Of a DNA stretch of 64,000 nucleotides, positions 1-13,024 are shown piece by piece. Position 1 is the first letter of the stretch. Each line of letters begins with the position of its first letter. Position numbers and translations under genes: made by a program. This DNA is from Somniosus microcephalus. Its lineage: Eukaryota. The stretch is from positions 235,538,001 through 235,602,000 of the forward strand of contig CM126203.1 of NCBI GenBank assembly GCA_052327205.1. The letters run 5' to 3'. The notes under the pieces are model-generated. The model had not been told where the DNA came from and did not search any database. It was given only the letters and a program-made list of their open reading frames with translations.

Positions 1-129
1 GCGCCGGCAGTTGGAGGAGGCCCAGGATCGGAATCCCACGCGGGCCCACTGCACAACGGCCGGTGCGCTAGGTAAGTGCAGGTCGGAGGCTTGCACCCGC
101 GGGAAGCCTCCGACCTGAATTTCTGGGCC
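1..129. mobile_element. Right end of a GC-rich non-autonomous DNA transposon (Harbinger-like terminus) with a subterminal hairpin
   Basis: Ends ...GAATTTCTGGGCC (reverse complement GGCCCAGAAATT), resembling the GGGCTGGATTT / GGCCTCGATTTT termini of other elements here. Perfect 14-bp stem 79-92/104-117. Confidence 0.45.
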
Positions 130-230
130 AATGTATAAATGAGTGATAACGTTTTATTTTTCTATTTTTGAAAACTCTTATGCTGGTAAAGCAGGCGTAA
201 GAATTCAGCGGGCGGAAGTTGGACAAATAG

Positions 231-1626
231 CGAGGGAGATAGAGAAGATGATGAAACAAAAAAAAAGAGGGTATATGATTCATGTCAGGTGAATTCTTCA
301 AGGGAGAACCAGACTAAATACAATAAGTTGAGAGGGGATCTGAAGATGAAAATAAAAGATTGGCAAAGAGAGAATATGAGAGTAGAATGGTAGGTAACAT
401 AAAAGGGAACCCAAAAATCTTCTATCGGCATGTAAACAGTAAGCAAATAGTAAGAGGCGGGGTGGGGCCCATTAGAGACAAAGAAGGTGATACATACTTA
501 GAGGCGCAGGGCAAGGCTAGAATACTCAATGAGTACTTTGTATCGGTGTTTACTGAGGAGGTGGATGCTGACAAAATATTGGTAGAAGCGGAAAAGCAAT
601 GGAAGGGGTGAAAATTGATAGACAGGATGTACTAGAAAGGCTGGGTATGCTTAGAGTGGACAAGGTGCCTGGTCCAGATGGCTTGCATCCCAGGTTGCTA
701 AAGGAATTGGGGGAGGAGATAGCAGAATGGCTTGCCATAATTTTCCAATCTTCCCTAGATGCTAATTAAGGCGAGCCAACACGGGTTTGTAAAAGGAAGA
801 TCATGTTTGACTAATCTAATTTAATTTTTTGATGAAGTAACTGGGAGGATTGATGAAGGGAATGCAATGGATGTTGTCTGCATGGATTTTCAGAAGGTGT
901 TTGACAAAGTACCACATAGAAGGCTGGTTAACAAAATTGAGGCTTATGGAATAGGTGGGTCAGTGGCAGCTTGGATAAGGAATTGGCTTAAGGACAGAAA
1001 ACAGCGAGTTGTGGTAAATGGCTGTTTTTCAGACTGGAGGATGGTAGACAGTGGTGTTCCCCAAGGGTCAGTGCTGGGGCCACTGCTTTTTTTGATACGG
1101 CCTGGATATTGGAATACAGAGTAAAATTTCTAAATTTGCCGATGACAACAAACTTGGGGGAGTGGCAAACAGTGATGATATCATCAATCGACTGCAACAG
1201 GACATAGAAATGCTAGCAGAATGGGCAGACAAATGGCAGATGGAATTTAAGAGAGAAGTGTGAGGTGATGTATTTTGGCAGAAGGAACAGGGAGAGGCAA
1301 TATACAGTTAATGGTACAGTTTTAAAGAGTATGCAGGGACAGAGGGACCTGGGAGTTAATGTGCATGGGTCCCTGAAGATGACAGGGCATATTGAGAGAG
1401 TGGTTAACAAAACATATGGGATCTTGGGCTTTATAAATAGATGTATTGAGTACAAAAGTAGAAAAGTTATGCTCAACCTTTATAAAGCACTGGTTAGGCC
1501 ACAACTGGAGTATTGCATCCAGTTCTGGTCACCACACTTTAGGAAGGATGTGAAGGCCCTTGAGAGGGTGCAGAAGAGATTTACCAGAATTGTTCCGGGG
1601 ATGGGGGATCTTAGGTACAAGACAGG
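231..1626 (+). mobile_element. CR1 LINE family A, degenerate ORF2 (5' part of a split copy)
   Basis: ORF fragments 360-611, 867-1124 ([24 protein letters not shown]) and 1265-1690 (LYKALVRPQLEYCIQFWSP). Resumes at about 7166. Confidence 0.9.
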
Positions 1627-3480
1627 AAGGAGAGAAACAAAAGTGGCAGACAGAGAAATCAAGGGTTTAAATCAAACATGGCCACAGTAAATAATAATTC
1701 TAAAAAGATCTAAGAGCGTTAAAAAAACAAGCCTGAAGGCTTTGTGTCTTAATGCGAGGAGCATTCGTAATAAGGTGGATGAATTAGCTGCGCAAATAGA
1801 GGTAAACGGATGTGATATGATTGGGATTACGGAAACATGGCTCCAAGGTGACCAAGGCTGGGAACTCAACATCCAGGGGTATTCAATATTCAGGAAAGAC
1901 AGGCAAAAAGAAAAAGGAGGTGGGGTAGCATTGCTGGTTAAAGAGGGGATTAACACAATTGTAAGGAAGGATATTAGCTCTGATGTGGAATCTGTATGTG
2001 TAGAACTGAGAAATACCAAGGGGAAGAAAACGTTCGTGGGAGTGGTATATAGACCTCCAAACAGTAATGCGGAGGTCGGGGATGGCATTAAAAGGGAAAT
2101 TTGAGAAGCGTGCAATAAGGCCACAGCAGTTATCATGGGTGACTTTAATCTACATATAGATTGGGCTAACCAAATTAGTAACAATACTGTGGAGGAGGAA
2201 TTCCTGGAGTGTATATGGGATGATTTCCTGGACCAATATGTCAAGGAACCAACTAGAGATCGGGCCATCTTAGACTGGGTATTATGTAATGAGAAAGGAT
2301 TAATTAGCAATCTTGTTGTGCGAGGCCCCTTGGGTCGGAGCGATCATAATATGATCAAATTCTTCATTAAGATGGAGAGTGAAGTAGTTGACACAGAGAC
2401 TAGGGTCCTGAATTTAAATAAAGGAAACTACGATGGTATGAGGCGTGAGTTGGGTAGGATTGATTGGGAAATGTCATTCAAAGGGTTGACGGTGGATAGG
2501 CAAGGGCAAACATTCAAAGATCGCATGGATGAACTACAGAATTTGTTCATCCCAGTTTGGCATAACAATAAAACAAAAAAGGTGACTCAAACGTGGCTAA
2601 CAAGGGAAATTAGGGATAGCATAAGATCCAAGGAGAGGACATATAAATTGGCCAGAAAAAGCAATAATCCTGAGGATTGGGAGCAATTTAGGATTCAACA
2701 AAGGAGGCCAAAGGGATTAATTAAGGGGGGGAAAATAGAGTACGAGAGTAAGCTTGCAGGGAACATAAAAACTGACTGTAAAAGCTTTTATACATATGTG
2801 AAGAAAAAAAGATTGTTGAAGTCAAGCGTAGGTCCCTTGCAGTCAGAATCAGGGGAATTTATAATGGGGAACAAAGAAATGGCAGCCAGCTAAATACATA
2901 TTTTGGTTCTGTCTTCACAAAGGAGGACACAAATATCCTCCCAGAGATGTCGGGGAACATAGGGTCTAATGAAAGGGAGGAACTGATACAAATCAGTATT
3001 TGTAGGGAAATGGTGTTAGGGAAATTGAAAGGATTGAAGGCCGATAAATCCCCAGGGCCTGATAATCTACATCCTAGGGTACTTAAGGAAGTGGCCCGAG
3101 AAATAGTAGATGCATTGCTGGTCATCTTCCAAAATTCGATAGACTCTGGAACAGTACCCATGGATTGGCGGGTAGCTAATGTTACCCCACTATACAAAAA
3201 AGGTGGTAGAGAGAAAACGGGGAATTACAGACCGGTAAGCCCTACATTGGTAGTGGGGAAAATGCTAGAGTCCATTATAAAAGATGTAATAGCAGAGAAC
3301 TTGGAAAACAGTGATCGGATCGGACATAGTCAACATGGATTTACAAAAGGTAAATCGTGCTTGACTAATCTACTGGAATTTTTTGAGGATGTAACTGGTA
3401 AAATAGATAAGGGAGAACCAGTGGATGCGGTGTATTTGGGCTTTTAAAAGGCTTTCGAAAAGGTCCCACATAAGAGATTA
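1627..3480 (+). mobile_element. CR1 family B, 5'-truncated copy, left part (APE endonuclease and start of RT)
   Basis: ORFs 1742-2104 (CLNARSIRNK, GITETWL), 2135-2893 (GDFN, SDH) and 2947-3447. Stops at ...CATAAGAGATTA, the point where 6016 resumes. Confidence 0.92.
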
Positions 3481-6015
3481 AACATAGAAACATAGAAGAT
3501 AGGAGCATAGAAAATAGGAGCAGTAGGCCATTCGGCCCTTCAAGCCTGCTCCGCCATTCAATGCGATCATGGCTGATCATCCAAATTCAGTACCCGGTCC
3601 CTGCTTTCTCCCCATACCCCTTGATCCCCTTAGCCTTAAGAAATATATCCAACTCCTTCTTGAATATATTTAATGAACTGGCCTCCACCGCCTTCTGTGG
3701 TAGAGAGTTCCACAGGTTCACCACTCTCTGGGTGAATAAATTCCTCCTCATTTCTGTCCTAAATGGCTTACCCTTTATCCTTATACTGTGTCCCCTGGTT
3801 CTGGACTCCCCGACCATCGGGAACATCCTTCCTGCATCTAGTCTGTCCAGTCCTGTCAGAATTTTATAAGTTTCAATGAGATCACCTCTCATTCTTCTAA
3901 ACTCCAGCGAGTACAAGCCCAATCGACCCAATCTCTCCTCATAAGTCATTCCTGCCATCCCAGGTATCAGCCTGGTGAATCTTCGCTGAACTCCTTCCAT
4001 GGCAAGAACATCCTTCCTCAGATAAGGCGACCAAAACTGCACACAATACTCAAGGTGTGGTCTCACCAAGGCCCTGTACAACTGCAGCAAGACATCCTTG
4101 TTCCTGTACTCAAACCCTCTCGCTACGAAGGCCAACGTACCATTTGCCTTCTTAACCGCCTGCTGCACCTGCATGCTTACCTTCAGCGAATGGTGCACAA
4201 GGACACCCAGGTCTCGTTGCACTTCCCCTTCTCCCAATCTATTGCCATTTAGATAATAATCTGCCTTCCTGTTTTTGCCACCAAACTGGACAACCTCACA
4301 TTTATCCACATTATATTGCATCTGCCATGTTTCTGCCCAATCACCCAACATGTCCAAATCATCCTGCCGTTTCCCGACATCCTCCTCACAGCACACACGC
4401 CCACCCAGCTTTGTGTCGTCTGCAAATTTGGAGATATTACATCTAGTTCCCTTGTCTAGATCATTAATATATATTGTGAATAGCTGGGGTCCAAGGACCG
4501 ATCCCTGCGGTACCCCACTAGTTACTGCCTGTCACTCGGGAAAAGAGCCGTTTATTTCAACTCTTTGCTTTCTGTCTGCCAACCAGTTCTCTATCCAAGT
4601 CAATATCTTGCCCCCAATCCCATGTGCCTTAACTTTACACGCTAGTCTCTTATGCAGGACCTTATCGAAGGCCTTCTGAAAGTCCAGATACACCACATTC
4701 ACTGGTTCTCCCTTATCTATTTTACCAGTTACATCCTCAAAAAATTCCAGTAGATTAGTCAAGCACGATTTACCTTTCGTGAATCCATGTTGACTTTGTC
4801 CGATCCTGTCACTGTTTTCCAAGTGCTCTGCTATTACATCATTTATAATGGACTCTAGCATTTTCCCCACTACCGATGTCAGGCTTACCGGTCTGTAATT
4901 CCCCGTTTTCTCTCTACCACCTTTTTTGAATAGTGGGGTAACATTAGCAACCATCCAATCCATGGGTACTGTTCCAGATTCCATCGAATGTTGGAAGATG
5001 ATTAGCAATGCATCTACAGGAAACTGTGTGTTATCCGGCACCCACGGGACCGAGCTGCTGCCGTTGCCTCAAAACTTCCATACTCTCCAGAGTTAATGTT
5101 GAGAGATACGGAGATTCTTATCTCCGTATTTGACAACAAACACTGTTGCTTAGCAACAGCTTCTAAACACTCGGGTGTGGCCCTAAAGCTCTGTAGCTGA
5201 AGCTGTTGCTATAGCTACAGACCTTGCACAGCTTGACTGTTCAAACAAAGCAAAAAAAACAAACAAAAAGAATTAAAAACGGCTGCTGATTTTTGCCAGT
5301 GGCTCCAGATTGCCGGATAGCTCACCTCCGGATAGCACAAAGTTTCCTGTACTATTTCTCGGACCACTTCTTGAAGTACCCTAGGATGTAGATTATCAGG
5401 CCCTGGGGATTTATCGGCCTTCAATCCTATCAATTTCCCGAACACCATTTCCCTACAAATACGGATTTCTTTCAGTTCCTCCCTTTCATCAGACCCTATG
5501 TTCCCCGGCATCTCTGGAAGGTTATTTGTGTCCTCTTTTGTGAAGACAGAACCAAAATATGTACTTAGTTGGTCTGCCATTTCTTTGTTCCCCATTATAA
5601 ATACCCCTGATTCTGACTGCAAGGGAACTACGCTTGACTTCACCAATCTTTTTCTCTTCACATATCTATAAAAGCTTTTAGTCAGTTTTTATGTTCCCTG
5701 CAAACTTACTCTCATATTCTATTTTCCCCTTCTTAATTAATCCCTTTGTCCTCCTTTCTTGAATCCTAAATTGCTCCCAATCCTCAGGATTATTGCTTTT
5801 TCTGGCCAATTTATATGTCCTCTCCTTGGATCTTATGCTATCCCTAATTTCCCTTGTTAGCCACGGTTGAGTCACCTTTTTTGTTTTATTTTTATGCCAA
5901 ACTGGGATGAACAAATTCTGTAGTTCATCCATGCGCTCTTTGAAAGTTTGCCATTGTCTACCCACTGTCAACCCTTTGAGTGACATTCCCCAATTAATCC
6001 TACCCAACTCGCGCC
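3481..6015 (-). mobile_element. CR1 family B copy inserted antisense into the 1627-7165 copy
   Basis: 3' tail (CATAGAAA repeats) at 3481. RT ORFs 3587-4396, 4532-5041, 5215-5661. 5'-truncated at about 6015. Confidence 0.92.
5017..5349. mobile_element. 333-bp MITE, Tc1/mariner-pogo type
   Basis: TIRs CAGGAAACTGTGTGTTATCCGG / CCGGATAGCACAAAGTTTCCTG (2 mismatches). TA duplication at 5015-5016 and 5350-5351. Removing it restores GCATCTACTATTTCT as in the sister CR1 at about 45716. Confidence 0.88.
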
Positions 6016-7165
6016 TAGCGTGTAAAGTTAAGGCACATGGGATTGCGGGCAAGGTATTGACTTGGATAGAGAACTGGTTGGCAGACAGAAAGCAAAGAGT
6101 TGGAATAAACAGCTCTTTTTCCGAGTGGCAGGCAGTGACTAGTGGGGTACCGCAGGGATCGGTCCTTGGACCCCAGCTATTCACAATATATATTAATGAT
6201 CTGGACGGCGGAACTAGATGTAATATCTCCAAGTTTGCAGACGACACAAAGCTGGGTGGGCGTGTGTGCTGTGAGGAGGATGCCGAGAAACTCCAGTATG
6301 ATTTGGACAGGTTTGCTGATTGGGCAGAAGCATGGCAGATGCAATATAACATGGATAAATGTGAGGTTATCCACTTTGGTGTCACAAACAGGAAGGCAGA
6401 TTATTATCTGAATGGCAATAGATTGGGAGAAGGGGAAGTGCAACGAGACCTGGGTGTCCTTGTGCACCAGTCGTTGAAGGTAAACATGCAGGTGCAGCAG
6501 GCAGTTAAGAAGGCAAATGGTATGTTGCCCTTCGTAGCGAGAGGGTTTGAGTACAGGAACAAGGATGTCTTGCTGCAGTTGTACAGAGCCTTGGTGAGAC
6601 CACAGCTTGAGTAGTGTGTGCAGTTTTGGTCGCCTTATCTGAGGAAGGATGTTTTTGCCATGGAAGGAGTGCAGCTAAGATTCACCAGGCTGATACCTGG
6701 GATGGCAGGAATGACGTATGAGGAGAGATTGGGTCGATTGGGCTTGTACTCGCTGGAGTTTAGAAGAATGAGAGGGGTTCTCATTGAAACTTATAAAATT
6801 CTAACAGGACTAGACAGACTAGATGCAGGAAGGATGTTCCCGATGGTCGGGGAGTCCAGAACTAGGGGTTACAGTCTAAGGATAAGGGGTAAGACATTTA
6901 GGACAGAGATGAGGAGGAATTTCTTCACCCAGAGAGTGGTGAACCTGTGGAATTCTCTACCAAAGAAGGCAATAGAGGCCAATTCATTAAATAATATTCA
7001 AGACGGAGTTAGATATATTTCTTAAGGCTAAAGTGATCAAGGGATATGGAGAGAAAGCAGGAACAGGGTACTGAATTCGGATGATCAGCCATGATCTCAT
7101 TGAATGGCGGAGCAAGCTCGAGGGGCCGAATGGCCTACTCCTATCTTCTATATTTCTATGTTTCT
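6016..7165 (+). mobile_element. CR1 family B, right part (RT with FADD, 3' UTR and tail)
   Basis: ORFs 5907-6614 (sense part) and 6618-7025. Tail TTCTATGTTTCTA. GACAGG flanks both ends of the 1627-7165 insertion. Confidence 0.92.
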
Positions 7166-7596
7166 AGGACAGGTTGGAGAAACTGGATTTGTTTTCATTA
7201 GAGCAAAGGAGGTTGAAGGGTGATTTGATAGAGGTGTACAAGATTATGACGGGTTTGGATAGGCTAGATGGGGGAAAGGCTGTTCCCATTAGTTGATGGT
7301 ACAAGGACTATGGGACACAGCTTTAAGGTTTTGGGCAAGAGATACAGGGGGGGATGTGAGGGAAAACTTTTTTACGCAGAGTGGTGATGACCTGGAACTC
7401 GCTGCCGACAGAAGTGGTGGAAGCGGAGACACTCAATGTTTTCAAGGGGAGACTGGATAGGTACTTGAGGGAAATAAACTTGCAGGGCTATAGGGATAGA
7501 GCGGAGGAATGGGACTGACTGGATTGCTTTACAGAGAGCCAGCACGGACTCAATGGACCAAATGGCCTCCTTCTGTGCCGTTATGACTTTGACTCT
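7166..7596 (+). mobile_element. CR1 family A, 3' end
   Basis: Continues 1626 (compare uninterrupted TACAAGGACAGGTTGGAG at about 55333). CR1 3' tail ATGACTTTGACTCTA. Confidence 0.9.
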
Positions 7597-8009
7597 ACAC
7601 CAGCAGAGGCCCATCTTCCGGGGATGCGGAGAATCTGTCAAGAGGATTTACAAGGTAAGCTTGTTGGAATTCTGCTCCTCCTGGCCCACAAGCAATGCTG
7701 TAAAGGCACTTAGCTGATGGATCCAGCCCTTCTCGCCTCCTTTTACCCACTGAATTTCCAAAGGCCCAGGAAACCCAGCGAGAGTGGTTAAAAATAGAAA
7801 CCCTGTAAAAATAGAAGCACGCTGTCTCTTAAAAATGTTTCAGTAACCAAGCCACCTCCCAAGAGCAAATTGGTCACTCGCCCTTCGTCTCGCATCCATT
7901 AAAAATGGATATGGGCCCGCTCGAGGAGGGTTTGGTTCCTAGTTCAGATTTTTAACACTTTAACCTCCCACCTGAACCAAAGCCACCATTTCTGGGAGTT
8001 GAAATTACC

Positions 8010-8562
8010 TGTGCAGAGCCTGAATCAGGAAGTGTAAGTTAGAATAGTTAATCTAATGCTAAAACATCTACAGAAAGCAAAATAAAGAGACAGAAAGACA
8101 GATGGGATTAAGAGATAAAAAAGATAAAGAAAAATGTTTTAAAAATTATTTAATTTTGAATTTTTTTAAATCTCCAACAATAATTAAAATCTGAAGGAAT
8201 GAGGCTCCACACTTGTAAAAGTTAATTTTCAGTGCCAGAGAGGTTGTTTGATAAGTTTTAATTACTATGCTGTTAAAACATTACTTACACTTGAATGGAC
8301 AAGCCCTAATCTTTTCTGGCATGTTAGTGGGTATCGAGTGGGTAAATACCCCAACTTCACGCCCTTCCATGTTTCAATGCCGAGTCTCTTGGCGAGATAC
8401 TGTTATAGTGCAGCTTCTGGAGAAGCAAGGCATTTCAGACAAAAATTGCTGATTTCCACATTTAATTGTGCATGTAGTCGAGGGAAGTTGCTGTCTGATT
8501 ACTCTTTAATAACGGCGAGCCCTAAAAGTCCTGCCGTTATTTTTAATCACAAACTCCGAGCC
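8010..8562. mobile_element. Non-autonomous DNA element fragment related to 9800-10553
   Basis: Shares blocks with 9800-10553 (ATGGGATTAAG; TTTTCAG.G.CAGA; CATTTAA.TG.GCATGT) and a similar right terminus. Confidence 0.45.
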
Positions 8563-9799
8563 ATTATGGGGAAGTAGCTTGTGATGCTAAGCAAGTAGCA
8601 TTATACACTGGTGAGGAAGGATAGCTGGTGATTAATGGGGGACCATATGGTACAAGACAGACACGAAGGTTGCTCAAGCTGTCTAGTGAGTTGTATGCAG
8701 ATATTTAGAGAGTCATATTTTCTGCCATTTTCCACTTAGGTCATGGGGTAGTAGTTGTCTGGACTGCACTCTACCACTGATATATGGCAAAAACAACAAC
8801 AGTGAAAACAGCAGTAAAAGCATCTCCCATGCATGCTTTAATTGCTGTTCGAGGCTTTGGGATCCAAACTCCAAGATGCAGTTATGGCTGGCTTCAACAT
8901 ACTTGCACAATGACTTCAATCATGTTGAAGAGATCCAGAAACCTCAAATATACAATGACCTATTCTCACACAGATAATGGACGTTGTTCATGCTATAGAA
9001 TATACAAGGAAACAGTTGGCAGAGTCAGTGGCAGATCTGTGCAATCATGTAGCCCTACGGGTGACAGTAGACACTGAAAGCAATAAGTCCACAGCAACTA
9101 CAGCAGAAATTTCTGACACTTATGTAGGTCCATCAAGATCAGTCACAGCTAGAGCCTTTTGTATGCCCTGAAACTCACCAGTTGCCTGTGCTGTCATCCA
9201 CAGTGCTATCCCCTCAATTCAGGGGACAATTAGAAGTATGACACATATGCAGAAATAAATAGAAGTTCAATTTATAAGGCGTAATCATTCCAGCAAACCA
9301 TAAACACACAGATCACGATGCTTACTAAACCGAATTAAATTGTAATGAATCTTGCAGTAGTTCTAAGGCACATCTACAATCAACACAAGTTCAAAACACA
9401 CCAGAAATTGTGGAGAACCAAGGATCTAAACATACTGGAAATTGTGGGGAACCAAGAATCTAATGAGAGTGAGGAACTTGAAGTAATAGTAAAGAAAAGT
9501 ACTGGAGAAGTTAACGGGACAAAAAGCCAACAAATCCCCTGGGACTGATGGCCTACACCCTAGGGTTTTAAAAGAGGTGGCTGCAGAGATAGTGGATGCA
9601 TTGGTTTTAATCTTTGCAGAATTCCCTAGATTCTAGAATGGTCCCCGTGGATTGGAAGGTAGCAAATGTAACCTTGCTGTTCAAAAAAGGGAGAGAGAAA
9701 ACAGGGAACTACAAGCCAGTTAGCCTGACATCAGTAGTAGGGAAATTGCTAGAATCTATTATTAAGGACGTGGTAAGAGGGCACTTGGAAAATCACAAT

Positions 9800-10553
9800 G
9801 GCGCAGATTTTGAAGTCAACGGCGAAGTGATGACGCTCGCCGCTGACCTCTAAGAAAGCTGCCCACAAAGATCTAGCAATCTCTGTGGCATCGATTTCAT
9901 CGCTCCCGAAGTTAATTTGAATCTGACTCCAAGCCTAGGGGCATCTCCAGCGTCAACAGTGATGTCATCAAGCTGGCTAAGCAGCCAATCACATTGAAGA
10001 ATTCTCAGACAGCAAACCAGGAAGTAAAAAGCAGGATTTATCATTCACTTTTTAATCAATCAGTTTACAGAGAGAAAGAGTTAAAGATTGGGACATACAC
10101 ATGGGATTAAGGTAAAAGCTGAAACATCATGAACAAACTTTTTTAAATTAAAAAATGGAAATATCATAATGGAAAAATTTAACATTCCACAAATATAAAA
10201 TTAGTTTTTCAGGGTCAGAACAATTGTTAAGCAGTAATATGACTCAGTACACCATTAAAAATCCAGTTACACCTCATTCAAAAAGGCATAGCATTTTTGG
10301 TTTATTTTTTTTAAGAGCAATATTCCAGCGTGGAAGCTTAAGTTTTGTCAGTTCAGTGATTTTGAATTGATTGCCGGCTGTGAGGAGTTCATCAGCGCGC
10401 CCTGTGGAGGAGCAGGGAATGACTGACAGCAACTTCTGGATTTCTGCATTTAACTGAGCATGTGCGTACTCCAAAGGTTGCTTCAGCTTCAAAGTTGTAA
10501 TGACTGTGAACACTGACTGTTTGGCTGTCATTACAATGGCATATTCCGGGTCA
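9800..10553. mobile_element. About 750-bp non-autonomous DNA element (Harbinger-like, imperfect TIRs) inside CR1
   Basis: CR1 breaks after ...GAAAATCACAAT and resumes ATGATTAGG...CAACACGG. Termini GGCGCAGATTTT / ATATTCCGGGTC. Confidence 0.6.
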
Positions 10554-11367
10554 CTATGATTAGGTAGAATCAACACGGTTTTATGAAAGATTTGTCAAAC
10601 ATGATTTCCCTATTAAGAGTTTTATGAGCGTGTAACTAGCAGGGTAGATAAAGGGAAACCAGTGAATGCAGCATATTTGGATTGTCAGAAGGCATTCAAT
10701 AAGGTGCCACACAAGAGATTGTTAGGCAAGATTCGGGCTCATGGGATTGGGGGTAATATATTGGGCATGGATTGAGGACTGATTGACAGACAGAACACAG
10801 AGTAGGGATAAACGCATCACTTTCGGGATGGCAGGGTCCAACTAGTGGAGCACCGCAAGGATCAGTGCTTGGGCCTCAGCTATTTACGATCTATATCAAT
10901 GACTTGGATGAGGGGACAAAGTGTAATATATCTAAGCTTGCTGACGATACAAAGCTAGGTGGGAAAGTAAGCTGTGAGGAGGACGCAAAGAGGCTGCAAA
11001 GGGATATAGATCAGTTAAGTGATGGGCAAGGTGGTGGCAGATGGTAGGAAGAATGGAAAAACAGAAATATAAAAAAATGTGCGTGAGTAGTAAATGTTGA
11101 TATTTGGGTGTCCTTGTACACGATCACAGAAAGTTAACATCCAGGTACAGCAAGCAGTTAGGAAGGCAAATGGTATGTTAGCCTTTATTGCAAGGGGGTT
11201 GGAGTATATATACAGGGCTTTGGTGAGACGACACCTGGAGTACTGTATACAGTTCTGGTCTCCTTACCCAAGGAAGGATATACTTGTCTTAGAGGGGATG
11301 CAACAAAGATTCACTAGATTCATTCATGGGATGAGAGCTGTCCTATATGAGGAGAGATTGAGTAGAA

Positions 11368-11777
11368 TTTTTTTTTTTTTTTTTTTTTAATTAATTCGTT
11401 CACAGGATGTGGGCGTCGCTGGCAAGGTCGACATTTATTGCCCATCCCCAATTGCCCCAGAGAAGGTGGTGGCGAGCCACCTTCTTGAACCGCTGCAGTC
11501 CTTGTGGTGAAGGTACTCCCACAGTGCTGTGGGTATGGAGTCACATATAGGCCAGACTGGGTAAGGACAGCAGATTTCCTTCCCTAAAAGGACATTAGTG
11601 AACCAGTTGGGTTCTCCTGACAATCCAGTAGTTTCATGATCACAATTACTGACACTAGTTTTTTTAATTCCAATTTATTTAATTAACTGATTTTAAATTA
11701 ACCCAACTGCCGTGGTGGGATTTGAACCCACGTCTCTGGATTATTAGTCCAGTAACATAACCACTATTCTACTGTAC
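11368..11777 (-). mobile_element. tRNA-derived SINE with LINE-derived 3' tail and poly(A)
   Basis: Minus-strand head with A-box-like TAGTGGTT and B-box GGTTCAAATCCC. Same family as 23670-24007. The 21-T run is the poly(A) tail. Confidence 0.85.
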
Positions 11778-13024
11778 ACTATGTTCTCGAGTTTAAATGA
11801 ATGAGAGGTGATTTCATTGAAATATATAAAATTCTTAGAGAGCTTGTCAGGGTAGATGCCGAGAGGCTGTTTTCCCCTGGCTGGAGAGTCTAGAACTTGG
11901 CGTCATAGTCTCAGGATAAGGGGTTGGCCATTTAGGACTGAGATGAGGAGAAATTTCTTCACTCAGAGTGGTGAATCTTTGGAATTCTTTACCCCAGAGG
12001 GCTGTGGGTGCTCAGTCATGGAGTACATTTAAGACTGAGATCAATAGATTTTTGGGCACTAAGGGAATCAAAGGATATGGGATAGGGCAGGCAAGTGGAG
12101 TTGATATAGATGTTCAGCCATGATCTTACTGAATGGCAGAGCAGACTCGATGGGCTGTATGGCCTACCCCTGCTCCAATTTTTATGTTCTTACAAGGGGC
12201 AACCAGCACAAAAATACTTTACTTACAACAGTAGCACTGCACAACAAAATAAAATGAATTGGCTTTTAGCATGATTTTTAACAATCCTTTCATTGTGCAG
12301 AAATTAAAATGTCAGTTTCCCAAAACCCAATGTGGTTGAACTCAGACATTCCCCGTCACTAGGTGATTTATTTTGCATAAAGTTGAGAGCATTGGAGACC
12401 TTCACTGCCAATGATTGTGTGGCATCAGCCATCTGCAATGCACCAAGACTTCCAGAATCAAAGTGGCAGACCTCAATAATGGCCTGCTTAGCCTCATCTC
12501 ACACTGATTTTTCCCCTATGCCCAAGTAGCTAACTTTGTTATTATACACCCACTAGCTGGGGTAGTACATCCATACTTTTAAACAGAAAATACCTCTGTG
12601 CTAGTCACTTATCTCTGACAGAAGTTTTAAATCTTCCCTTTTGGTTAAGCTCCCTTAAACCAAGCCTAAATTGCAGTAAAGTACTAATTTGACTCTGAAC
12701 CTGCTGACTGCTGCAGGAATTCATCATTGCTACCTTTAACAAGGCCCTATCAACTATAAATTAGACTCCCTCTCATTTTAGGTCAACCTTTTAACTTATT
12801 TGCTGGAGGGACATGAATTAGTGCTAAACACAGACAAATTATGCACTTGCACCCACCATGATGCTGCTTTTTACTCATGTTTAAAATGATCTTTAAAACC
12901 AATTGCCATTATAAAGTAAAAATTATTCTCGTCCCCAGCTTTGTACATTAACCATGATGATTCGAATCTTTGTTTTACTGCCTCTATTGGTGTTTCTGTT
13001 AAAATAAAAATCTTGTCTTGAGCT

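Larger units (their letters stand above)
9430..12192 (+). mobile_element. Degenerate CR1 interrupted by a MITE and a SINE
   Basis: RT fragments 9614-9800, 10865-11047 (KLADD) and 11094-11365. 3' tail at about 12190. Confidence 0.85.

Noticed and set aside
61-80. AG|GTAAGT donor marking a + strand first exon in a CpG island
   Set aside because: Embedded in a hairpin and TIR-like terminus, so more simply explained as a transposon end. Cannot be excluded without upstream sequence.
5678-6614. Overlapping 235-aa ORFs on both strands
   Set aside because: Chimeras across the sense/antisense CR1 junction at about 6015.
8713-9171. Short ORFs in non-repeat-looking DNA
   Set aside because: No motifs or convincing splice signals. 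Lengths are as expected by chance.
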